64,000 nt of DNA from NCBI GenBank assembly GCA_002269645.1, contig NIVC01000702.1:310001-374000 (forward strand), read 5' to 3'. The translations under genes were made by a program, and so were the position numbers. Each line of letters opens with the position of its first letter. The stretch's first letter is position 1. Below are positions 52,500 through 64,000 of this stretch, piece after piece. The stretch is from Macrostomum lignano (Eukaryota). The notes beneath the pieces were generated by a model, which did no database searches, was not told where the DNA came from, and saw nothing but the letters and a program-made list of their open reading frames with translations.

Positions 52500-53135
52500 A
52501 GCAGGATCTGGGAGGTTGGCCCAGCAACTGAGGTTCTGGGAGGCTGGCCCAGCAACTGAGGATCTGGGAGGCTGGCCAAGCAACTGAGGATCTGGGAGGC
52601 TGGTTTATCAGCAACTGAGGATCTGGGAGGCTGGTTTATCAGCAACTGAGGATCTGGGAGGCTGGCCCAGCAACTGGGGATCTGGGAGGCTGGTTTATCA
52701 GCAACTGAGGATTTGGGAGGCTGGTTGCCCAGCAACTAAAGATCTTGGAGGCTGGCCCAGCAACTTAGGATCTGAAAGGCTGGCCCAGCAACTGACACTC
52801 TGGGAGGCCGGCCCAGAAACTGAGGATCTGGAAGGCCGGCCCAGCAACTGATGATCTGGGAGGCTGGTTCAGCAACTGGGGATCTGGGAGGCTGGCCCGG
52901 CAACTGGGGATCTGGGAGGCCTGGCCCAGCAACTGAGGATCTGGGAGGCTGGTTGCCCAGTAACTGAGGATCTGGAAGGCTGGTTCCCCAGCAACTGAGG
53001 ATCTGGGAGGCTGGTTCCCCAGCAACTGAGGATCTGGGAGGCTGGCCCAGCAACTGCGGATCTGGGAGGCTGGCCCAGCAACTGGGGATCTGGAAGGTTG
53101 GCCGAGCAACTGACACTCTTGGAGGCTGGCCCAAA
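52500..53135. repeat. Minisatellite, about 28-bp unit ggatctgggaggctggcccagcaactga
   Basis: Tandem array starting about 10 bp after the FAIM stop codon. Confidence 0.92.
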
Positions 53136-53144
53136 AACTTCGAC

Positions 53145-54787
53145 TCACATCTGATCCACGGCAGCCTCGGGTACTACATTGTTCCCATAGTACATGGTGT
53201 ACTTTAATAGCTTTCGACGACCAGCAGCAGAGGTTGCGCTGTTGGTCACTCGAATCATACAGGGCGTTCCTCGAAGCTCAAAGTGGGTCTCAGATCCTTC
53301 ATCTGTGAATTCACCCTGAAAGGAAACGTAACGTACGAGAGTTGGACTGTAAATCAACTTAATCATTGTTCATTGAAGTATTCTCAAACATAATGTTGTA
53401 AACATGCAGTATGATAATAGGTTAAAGCAGAAAACAAAACAAGAGCTCACCATGATATCCAACTGCTCCCCATTCGAGTAAACTTCCATGCTGTCAAGCC
53501 GCAGCACCACGCGAAGAGACTCTTCATCCACAGGCAGAATCCAGCATTTCAACTGTTTCGCCTGATTCGCCAGGAACTGTTCAAATGGCAGACCGTTCAC
53601 CAGGAGAAAATATCCATAATCCATAGAGCTCACAGTCTTAATTTGAACTGTGCAGTGGGCCTCGCTGCCAACTTTGAAATGTTCCTCGCCAATTAGCGCG
53701 AATTTGAATTCTTGCCGACGAATGCACTAGTGATTTTAAACAAATAAATAAATAAATCATTTAGATGGAAATTTTTACTCTTAAATGCAAAGTCTAGTCA
53801 AAATTTAACCTGATTATAGCTGAGAAAATCAGGGGCAGAGGCATAGTCAGAGATAATGTCGCGCAACCTTAACTAAAAGGGCGCCCCCTCAACTGAAATG
53901 GCGTCCCTCTCGACTGAAATGGCGCCCTTCAACTGAAATGGCGCCTTCTCGAGAGAAATGGCGCCCCACTCAACTAAAATGGCGCCCCTCAACTGAAATG
54001 GCGTCCGTTTCGACTGAAATGCGCCCCTCTCGACTGAAATGGCGCCCCTTAACTGAAATGGCGCCCCTTAACTGAAATGGCGCCCCTTAACTGAAATGGC
54101 GCCCCTTAACTGAAATGGCGCCCCTTAACTGAAATGGCGCCCTCTAACTAAAATGGCGCCCCTTAACTGAAATGGCGCTCCTTAACTGAAATGGCGCCCC
54201 TCAACTAAAATGGCGTCCCTTTCGACTGAAATGCGCCCCTCTCGACTGAAATGGCGCCCCTTAACTGAAATGGCGCCCTTCAACTGAAATGGCGCCTTCT
54301 CGAGAGAAATGGCGCCCCACTCAACTAAAATGGCGCCCCTCAACTGAAATGGCGTCCCTTTCGACTGAAATGCGCCCCTCTCGACTGAAATGGCGCCCCT
54401 TAACTGAAATGGCACCCCTTAACTGAAATGGCGCCCCTTAACTGAAATGGCGCCCCTTAACTGAAATGGCACCCCCTAACTGAAATGGCGCCCCTTAACT
54501 GAAATGGCGCTCCTTAACTGAAATGGCGCCTCGCCATTTTAAAACAGCGCCCCTTTAACTACGAGTAAAATAGCGCCACTTCAACTAAAATGGCGCCACT
54601 TCAACTAAAATGGCGTCACTGTAGAAAAAAAACAGTCTGTACCTAGCCAACCTACCTTTCCATTAATGAAAATGGCGCGCGTTCCCGAGGCAGTGCCATG
54701 CTCAAACTCAACTGTGTACACTCCATCGCTAAGTGGAATCTCCCACTTGGCCACTATTGATGGTGTGGATAATTGGCCTGATGACAT
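53145..54787 (-). CDS. FAIM: Fas apoptotic inhibitory molecule, 3 coding exons, about 192 aa
   Basis: Exons 54787-54656, 53726-53451 and 53315-53145, all phase 0. Motifs WEIPLSDGVYTVEFEHGTASGTRAIFINGK, FKFALIGEEHFKVG, LRVVL...MEVYSNGE and GEFTDEGSETHF match the recalled FAIM family. Confidence 0.9.
53880..54620. repeat. Minisatellite, 19-bp unit aactgaaatggcgcccctt (FAIM intron 1)
   Basis: Tandem array with a duplicated higher-order block. Confidence 0.93.
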
Positions 54788-55736
54788 TGAGTTAAACTGG
54801 AAAGAAAAAAAATTTAATACGATTTTTTGCCATTTAGATAAAATACAATTTTAGTTTGTTATAAAGTTTGTTAAATATAAAATGTTTCAAGTTTACTAAT
54901 ATAATATTTTATATTATGATATTATTACCAACTATCTAAATTAACTTGTTAAGATTGTAAAAAAACAAAAACTATCCAAGCAGAAGTCAATATTTGGAAA
55001 AGTAGCTGCAGCAAATAAAAAAAGCATGTATGTAAAAAACAAAGACACATTTTGCACCTAGTCAAAGTCTCTGAAAGCCAACTGCTTAGATAAAAGATCC
55101 CAAGATGTTGAAGGCCCTTCTTACTATAGTAATTGAGGCATTAAAAGAGGGTAGTATATTAGAACAGTCTACATATTATTTAGAAAAATGCTTAGGAAAA
55201 ACATTGTAATCAATTTAAATCGCCTAAATAAAATACTGCCCGGCAGAAAGTTATAGCAGCATAATTTTCGACTGATTCTTGAGGAGATTGAAAATAAAGA
55301 AATTTAGAGTTTAGCTACTGATTTATTATAGATTTTACAGATTTTAAATACTCACAGAAGCAGATGTGTATGTGTTTGAGTGAATGCCCAGCAGATAGTG
55401 TTTGGTTGGCGCTACGTTGCAAGTGCAAATGCAAATTAATATAATAATATGAACTTGTTCAAACTAAGCAAGCGCCTCATTTCATATCTAATTTTCCGTC
55501 TAGTTAAAAAGTACTTAGGCTTTATAAAATTAGATTCACAGATGAAAACAGAGTTCATAAATATTTTCATTTATAACTAAAAATCAAATTTTTATATATT
55601 GTTTATCTGACAGCTGCGAAAAAATAAATTGGCGCTAATTTAAGAAACGTAATAAACCGATTTAATTCTCATTTTGGAAAAAGAACGCCTCACTATAGTT
55701 GTCCTTTACTGAAGCTATTTTAGATATTCGAATCAA

Positions 55737-58700
55737 ATGGACCTACCGTCGCATATTAAAAAGCCGAAGCTGTGCTCGTTAAGGAAATGGGAAAACTACG
55801 CCGGCTACGGCTTTAATCTGCATTCCGAGAAAGGCAAAAAAGGCCAATTTATCGGCAAAGTAGATCCTAACTCGCCTGCAGATTTGGGCGGACTAAATAT
55901 TTACGATGTGCTAATCGAGGTTAACGGCATCAATGTCGGTAAGAAAGCTACACGTTTGTGAGGATATTTTAAATGAGACTGTGGAGTTTTAAAATTACGA
56001 TCAATGCTCCGTTTTTTAGAGGACGCGTCGCACAATATTGTGGTTGGCCGGGTCAAATCGATTCCTGACCGAGTCGATCTATTTGTCTGCGACAAGGAGA
56101 CCTATTCGTACTGCAAGGAGAACGACATCAAGCTGAGCTCGGCTATGCATAATATCGACGAGCACAGCACGCCCGCCAGGCAACCGCCAGTTGAGGAACG
56201 GGTGCGTACATGTAACACATCCTATTACTAAGCTTGCATTAGAACAGTGCTTGCTTTGTATAATTTAAGTCCCATGCCAGTATAAGTTCAGTACAGTTCA
56301 CTCAACACAACTCTCACGAAGAAGTCCTCGTCGCCAGAGGCTGCATCATCGACATCAGTTGACGCGGCTGCTTCGCTGCGAGCGGCCGTCGAACAGTCAG
56401 GCGGAGTCGACTATATGTACGAAGAAGTGAAACCGAGCGACCTGCCCCAGCGGTTTCGGTCTGAAGAGCCGAATGGACAGGTACTGCAGCGATTCAGCAC
56501 TGACGCATGCACTGAGCCATCATCACAAATAGCATGCTGTTCGAATAGTTCTGTTTTTGTCAGAATTGGCAGCCTTAACTTTCAAACAGATTTTTATGGA
56601 CACCTCTTCTTTGCATCTCTTGGGCTTTTTTTGGTGCCCCCTTCTCGGCGCCCCCTTCTCGGCGCCCCCTTCTTGGCGCCCCCTTCTCGACGCCCCCTTC
56701 TCAGCGCCCCCTTTTCGGCGCCCCCTTCTTGGCGCCCCCTTCTTGGCGCCCCCTTCTTGGCGCCCCTTTCTTGGCGCCCCCTTCTCGAGGCCCCTTCTTG
56801 GCGCTCCCTTCTTGGCGCCCCCTTCTCGGCGCCCCCTTCTTGGCGCCTACTTCTCTGTGCCCCTTTCTCGACGATCTCTCTAGGCGGCCCCTTCTTGACG
56901 CCCCCTTCTCGGCGCCCCCTTCTCGGCGCCCCCTTCTCGGCGCCCCCTTCTTGGCGCCTACTTCTTGGCGCCTACTTCGCTGTGCCCCTTTCTCGGCGAT
57001 CTCTCTTGGCGCCCCCATCTCGGCCGACACCTCCAACCACCGCAAAGCCAATGTAGGCACCCAACTAACGACACGCTAAATAGCTACACTAATTTTATCT
57101 CAGTTCACTTGCTATACTTGCAAGTTCAATTCAACCTCTGTCCACCGACAGCATTCGCCGAGCTCATGCAGTTAAACTATGCATGTAATTCGCTATCGCA
57201 GACAACGACTACGCCCAAGTGAAATCAGTGAGGACAGCAGGGCCAACTAACTGGCAGCCAATAAGTTTGTGTTCGATGCGCTCCGAGCAAAAACCAAACA
57301 GGCTTATCGGTTCTATTTGAATTTGTTCCAGTAAGAAGTTATGCCGCTTCTCAGCCTTCTTCTTTTTCTTCTTCGACCTGGTCGGCAATCGGATTGCTCT
57401 TTCTGTAGCCAAGGCTCTGCTTCTTTCTTATCTTATCGAAGTATAAACTCTCCCCCATCGCTTATACGAGCAATTTTCTCTAGCTTGAAATGCGGGCATT
57501 CTGAAACTTTTCGGGCCCTAACGTCATTGGAATTATTAATTATTGACTGCCTTTAAACTGTTGGGGGCCGGCCAAGCACAGATTGTGTAGGGAGGGGGTC
57601 AGCAACCACAGATTGTGTAGGGAGGGGGTCAGCAACCACAGATTGTGTAGGGAGGGGGTCAGCAACCACAGATTGTGTAGGGAGGGGCTCAGCAACCACA
57701 GATTGTGTAGGGAGGGGGTCAGCAACCACAGATTGTGTAGGGAGGGGGTCAGCAACCACAGATTGTGTAGGGAGGGGGTCAGCAACCACAGATTGTGTAG
57801 GGAGGGGCTCAGCAACCACAGATTGTGTAGGGAGGGGGTCAGCAACCACAGATTGTGTAGGGAGGGGGTCAGCAACCACAGATTGTGTAGGGAGGGGGTC
57901 AGCAACCACAGATTGTGTAGGGAGGGGGTCAGCAACCACAGATTGTGTAGGGAGGGGCTCAGCAACCACAGATTGTGTAGGGAGGGGGTCAGCAACCACA
58001 GATTGTGTAGGGAGGGGGTCAGCAACCACAGATTGTGAAGGGAGAGGGGGTCAGCAACCACAGATTGTGTAGGGAGGGGAGGTCAGCAACCACAGATTGT
58101 GTAGGGAGGGGGTCAGCAACCACAGATTGTGTAGGGAGGGGAGGTCAGCAACCACAGATTGTGTAGGGAGGGGGTCAGCAACCACAGGCTGTGTAGCCAT
58201 TGATTGTGTTGGTAGTTTATTTCAATTTCAAATCTCTTCAAATTTTCAAAGGCTGTCGCATATTGTCGTGAAAAGCTTGAAAAACTTTTGAGTTCAACAC
58301 AGCACTGGCAACAACGAAAGATAACGGAAGACACAGCTATACTCTGCCTCTGTGCAATGCCATATAAGCTTAATGCCCTCTTGTTGAAGACGCAGTCAAA
58401 TGACATAATTTTTACCAAGAGTCAACCGTTGTCCATTCTCCTTTGTTAAGTGTTCGACTTTTTGCAAAAAGAAGTTGTTGCCATGGCTAAGATAAGCTTG
58501 ATTATAAGCATATACCTACATGTATTTTAGGTATAAATTGTTAAATTTGCTACTTATAAACGTTTATGAGTAGGATATTTTGATTAGAGACGGAATAATT
58601 GATAATGTATATTATTACGAGTTTGCATAAATTAGAACATTACATCATTCCATGCATGGTAGACAGCAACATGAATATTAACTGTTAAATAACTAATGTG

Positions 58701-59496
58701 ACCCAGACATCCTGGGTGATACCTGTTAGACATCCTGGATGATACCTGTCAGACATCCAGGGTGATACCTGTTAGACATCCTGGATGATACCTGTCAGAC
58801 ACCCAGGGTGATACCTGTTAGACATCCTGGATGATACCTGTCAGACACCCAGGGTGATACCTGTTAGACATCCTGGATGATACCTGTCAGACATCCAGGG
58901 TGATACCTGCCAGACATCCAGGGTGATACCTGTTAGACATCCAGGGTGATACCTGTTCGACTTTGCGGGTGGCATCTGCTACACATCAAAGGTGATACCC
59001 CATAGATGCAAAGGTTGGCACCTGTTTGAAATTAAAAGCAATAACTATTAATCATCAATGTTGTGTATTCGTAAAACGTACAACGTTCAGCAGCAGTTTC
59101 TGGCTACCGCTTCTCCCCTCTCAATTAAATTTCATTCAGCGCGAATCCGACCGGAGCTCAAAAACGGCTACTCCGCCGCCTTCGTTCTCCGCTGCTGCGG
59201 CTCCAGTCGCTGCTGCCGCGGCCGTCGCCGCCCCTGCCGCTGCCTCTGCTCCAACTTCTTCGGCCAGTCCACCCGCTTACCCGACCCCTCAGCAGCAGCA
59301 GCAGCAACAACCGAAGTCGCAGCCACCGCCGAAGGAGCAGCAGCAACAACAGAAGCAGAAGAGCAACGGCGGCGATCCAGTTGGCAACGTTAGCCTTGAA
59401 GAAGTTCGCAGCCGAATCGGTCAAAACAAGCGCAACCAAGTGAAGATGAATAGCGGCACCTTCTCGGAGAAGTATAGCATGTTTGAGTCGCTCTAA
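55737..59496 (+). CDS. NHERF/EBP50-like PDZ scaffold (one PDZ plus ERM-binding tail), 4 exons, about 309 aa
   Basis: Exons 55737-55938, 56020-56201, 56292-56480 and 59140-59496 join in frame. PDZ GYGFNLHSEKGKKGQFIGKVDPNSPADLGGL...IEVNG; C-terminus FSEKYSMFESL* resembles the EBP50 ERM-binding motif. Additional exons in the long intron cannot be excluded. Confidence 0.82.
56630..57020. repeat. Minisatellite, about 13-bp unit ggcgccccttctc
   Basis: Degenerate tandem array in NHERF-like intron 3. Confidence 0.88.
57575..58195. repeat. Minisatellite, 30-bp unit agcaaccacagattgtgtagggagggggtc
   Basis: Highly homogeneous tandem array in NHERF-like intron 3. Confidence 0.96.
58705..58960. repeat. 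Minisatellite, 23-bp unit gatacctgttagacatcctggat (alternating dimer)
   Basis: Tandem array in NHERF-like intron 3. Confidence 0.92.
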
Positions 59497-59559
59497 CTGT
59501 CTAGATTGATATTATTTGAACAACCTAACACCGACTTCACAATTGGGTTGGAGTTTTAT

Positions 59560-60010
59560 TGCAAATGGAGTGGGGTGGTTGTGCGTGCGCGAGGGTTTTT
59601 ATAGCCAGGGGAGTGGGATGGTTTTGGGTGCGCGAGTGGTTTTATAGTCACGGGAGTGAGGTGGCTGTGCGTGCGCGAGGGTTTTATAGCCAGGGAGTGG
59701 GGTGGTTGTGCGTGCGCGAGAGTTTTATAGCCAGGGAGTGGGGTGGTTGTGCGTGCGCGAGGGTTTTATAGCCAGGGAGTGGGGTGGTTGTGCGTGCGCG
59801 AGGGTTTTATAGCCAGGGAGTGGGGTGGTTGTGCGTGCGCGAGGGTTTTATAGCCAGGGGAGTGGGGTGGTTGTGCGTGCGCGAGAGTTTTATAGTCACG
59901 GGAGTGAGGTGGCTGTGCGTGCGCAGGGAGTTTTATAGTCACGGGAGTGGGGTGTTTGTAACGTCCAGAGGAGGTTTTACAGCCAGGGAAGTGGGGTGGT
60001 TGTTCGTGGG
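59560..60010. repeat. Minisatellite, about 41-bp unit gggagtggggtggttgtgcgtgcgcgagggttttatagcca
   Basis: Tandem array about 65 bp after the NHERF-like stop codon. Confidence 0.9.
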
Positions 60011-60549
60011 GGAGGGGTAATATGGGAGTAGGTTTTTTAAGTGTGCTCGAGGGGGTTTATGCCCAATTCTTTTGTCCATGTGCTACTTTTGAAACTCGTT
60101 TATTAAGTAATAGCTATTACTAAAAGCCGATATGCTACACGATAATTACCCTAAATGTATCCGATAAGTCTGGCAAAGCACATTTTATAACTGTATTCAA
60201 AGTCTTTGATGATATTTCACTACACAACTTGAAGTTCTGCAATCAAACTGCAGCTTTTGCCCTAGTTTCCGAACGCTTTGGAAAGCCATGTACTTTTCTT
60301 TGTTGTTTCGAGTTACCATTCCAACTCTGGATGTATTGACTGCAACCTAACTAGACTAAATATTGTGCCAATCAAAGAACAAAAAAATCGAACCTAATAA
60401 TGCATATAAATTTTCCATTAATACTATTCTGCTGTTAAATGACTACTAAAGCACTTGTAAAACATTATTTTCAGCAATATAAACACTTCAATTGATTGTC
60501 GCGGCCGCTTAAATGTGAACGAAACATGGATTGGTTAATAGATCTGTTT

Positions 60550-61965
<1,416 letters not shown>

Positions 61966-62624
61966 AAAATTAGCTCATAACAATCAGAGAAGAACTTATA
62001 CCTTTTTACTCTGGCTTCTCTCCATCTACTTAGCGCAGAGAACGCACGGCTCGCAAGCAGATTAAACCCACGCCATCTCAGGTGCTAGAAGCTGTACATG
62101 TAGCATTTTAGCCAGCCCGGTGGCAACAAGCGGAGGAAAGCAGTTAAAAAGTAGCTGCAAAGCAGGTGCACCGCGCAGCTGTCCAAATTCTCCCCCGGGA
62201 ATATTTGCTCTGCCATATTGCACCGCTGCATCGAGTGTTTCCAGCCTCACAGCTCTCCACTCTGCATCCCTTCCTAACAAGACTCATCAGGCGGGTCGTC
62301 TGTCGCAGAATCCTCCCCCCCCCTGACTCAAACTAGCCCTTCTAGGTGCCTTCTCACGTCTCACTCAGTTATCCCCTGTCATCATCTCTCTTCCCTCTTA
62401 TTTTTCCTTTTGCGATTCAATCTCCTTCTAGCTTTGAAGGCCGAAGACGTTTCATTGGTCAGGAGGCCTTTGCCCCTCCGCTCCCCTTCAATATCTTTTC
62501 TGTATGCAGCACGCAAGCAGTTTTCTGTTTAAAGACACACAAGATCGACTCTTTAACGAACTCGGCAACAAAGGAGACTTGTCAGTCCAAGCATTTCGAC
62601 CGCATTCACAGCTAGTAAAACACA

Positions 62625-63977
62625 ATGAGCAACGAGACTGGCTGCATCACCATGGAGTACCTCACCTCACCTCACTTCATCGCTCAGACCTGCAGTCTCG
62701 GCATTGTCAACATCATCATCATATTCGGGAACATCCTGGTTGTGCTGGCCGCCTGCACATCGGCGAAGCTGCAGACCGCTCTGACCAGCACGTTCGTGGT
62801 GAGTTTGGCCACCAGCGACCTCCTGCTGGGCCTCCTGGTACTGCCGTTCTCCATCGCCTACCAGGTGCTTCTGAAGCATTGGATCTTCAGCAGATGGTGG
62901 TGTCAAATCTGGTTGGCCGTAGACGTGTGGACCTGCACTGCCTCGATCCTGAACCTGGTTGTCATCAGCCTAGACCGCTACCTGAGCCTGCGTCACCCGC
63001 TGAAGTATCCGAAGCTGATGAACCGGCGTCGAGCACGACTTCTAGTTGCTAGCGTCTGGATTCTGGCCTTCGCCATCAGCCTGCCAACTCTGTTCAAACT
63101 GTTCCTGCAGAACTCCTCACTGACTGATGACAGCTCCGATTCCAGCAGCAACAGCAGCAGCAGCAATGAAAGCTTGCTGTGCCTAGACCTGGGTCAGCAG
63201 TGCACCATCGCGCACAGCACGCCTCTGTACATCGTCTACTCCGCCCTGGGCTCCTTCTTCCTTCCCCTGCTGGTCATGATCTACTTCTACTTGCACATCT
63301 TCGCCTCAGTGCACCGGACTCTCAAAGCCGGACGCAGGGGCGTCTTGGCCAGCCGAGAGAGCGCCGCTCAACACGGAGAGCTGCGAATCCACCGAGGCGG
63401 CGGCGGCGGAGGCACCTCGTCCGGAGCAGCGAACTACAGCGGAGGCGCTGGAGTCTCCATCGTCAGTCGACGGGTCCGCTTGGTAAAGAACTCGCAGCAG
63501 CAGCAGCAGCAGCAGCAGAATCTGCAGGTGCCTCCGGCCGCCAACACCAGCCGCAAGGCTTCATGGAACACCCTGATCAACGTGGCCACAAAGTACGCCC
63601 CGTTCTCCGGTCGCTACGGACGCGAACTGAAAGCGGCTCGAATGCTGGCAATCATCTGCGTCACGTTCATTGGCTGCTGGGCCCCGTTCTTCTCGGTGTA
63701 CTTGTTCGGCGCCTTCTGCCAGGACTGCGTTGCTCCACTGACCTTCGATGTCTGCTTCTGGTTGGGCTACGTCAATAGCGCGCTGAATCCGTTTATCTAC
63801 GCGCTGTTCTCGGCGGATTACCGGCGAGCGTTCAAGACGCTGGTGCTGCGAAGGCAGCGCAGAGCCTATCAGACCATCCGCCAACTGGCTCGGGGCGGCC
63901 TGCGAGGCATCGAGGTGGTGACGGCTGCTCAGGCCACGGCGACAGCCTCGTTTAGCCTGGCTGGGAAAAGTAGTTAA
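62625..63977 (+). CDS. Intronless class A biogenic-amine GPCR (octopamine alpha-type / dopamine-like), 450 aa
   Basis: GNILV, LATSDLLLG, TM3 Asp in DVWTCTASILNLVVISLDRY, TM5 SALGSFFLP, KAARML, CWAPFF and FWLGYVNSALNPFIY. Confidence 0.92.
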   Translation: MSNETGCITMEYLTSPHFIAQTCSLGIVNIIIIFGNILVVLAACTSAKLQTALTSTFVVSLATSDLLLGLLVLPFSIAYQVLLKHWIFSRWWCQIWLAVDVWTCTASILNLVVISLDRYLSLRHPLKYPKLMNRRRARLLVASVWILAFAISLPTLFKLFLQNSSLTDDSSDSSSNSSSSNESLLCLDLGQQCTIAHSTPLYIVYSALGSFFLPLLVMIYFYLHIFASVHRTLKAGRRGVLASRESAAQHGELRIHRGGGGGGTSSGAANYSGGAGVSIVSRRVRLVKNSQQQQQQQQNLQVPPAANTSRKASWNTLINVATKYAPFSGRYGRELKAARMLAIICVTFIGCWAPFFSVYLFGAFCQDCVAPLTFDVCFWLGYVNSALNPFIYALFSADYRRAFKTLVLRRQRRAYQTIRQLARGGLRGIEVVTAAQATATASFSLAGKSS

Positions 63978-64000
63978 GCAGATCAGTGGCGTACGCAGCA

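Overview
Eukaryotic (metazoan) genomic DNA, intron-rich and saturated with minisatellites. The gene set and repeat style suggest a free-living flatworm such as Macrostomum, but this is inference only. Spliced host genes reconstructed by hand, in order: a Sulfotransfer_4/SULT-OR-like sulfotransferase, an APC-like armadillo protein with a coding minisatellite, a membrane-tailed astacin, a 4-EF-hand calmodulin-like protein, an ARL9/10-like GTPase, two copies of a secreted fibrinogen-related lectin (FReP), FAIM, a single-PDZ NHERF-like scaffold and an intronless octopamine-type amine GPCR. The centre of the window is a direct duplication of about 5.7-6 kb (30288-36030 and 46210-52184), each copy carrying the FReP gene, an RTE retrotransposon stub and a foldback MITE. 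The two copies flank an apparently intact 9-exon Helitron (STPR-OTU-Zn finger-Rep-Pif1 helicase, about 1697 aa; 5' TC end at 45912). The strongest signal is in the FReP pair: exon 1 is identical, the introns are non-homologous, and exon 2 (the ligand-binding part) differs at 22 non-synonymous versus only 2 synonymous codons by hand count. This suggests a diversifying constant-plus-variable recognition-lectin locus next to a rolling-circle transposon. About 25 distinct tandem arrays explain most long ORFs in the ORF track. No CRISPR, rRNA or complete tRNA was found. All counts and splice calls are manual.
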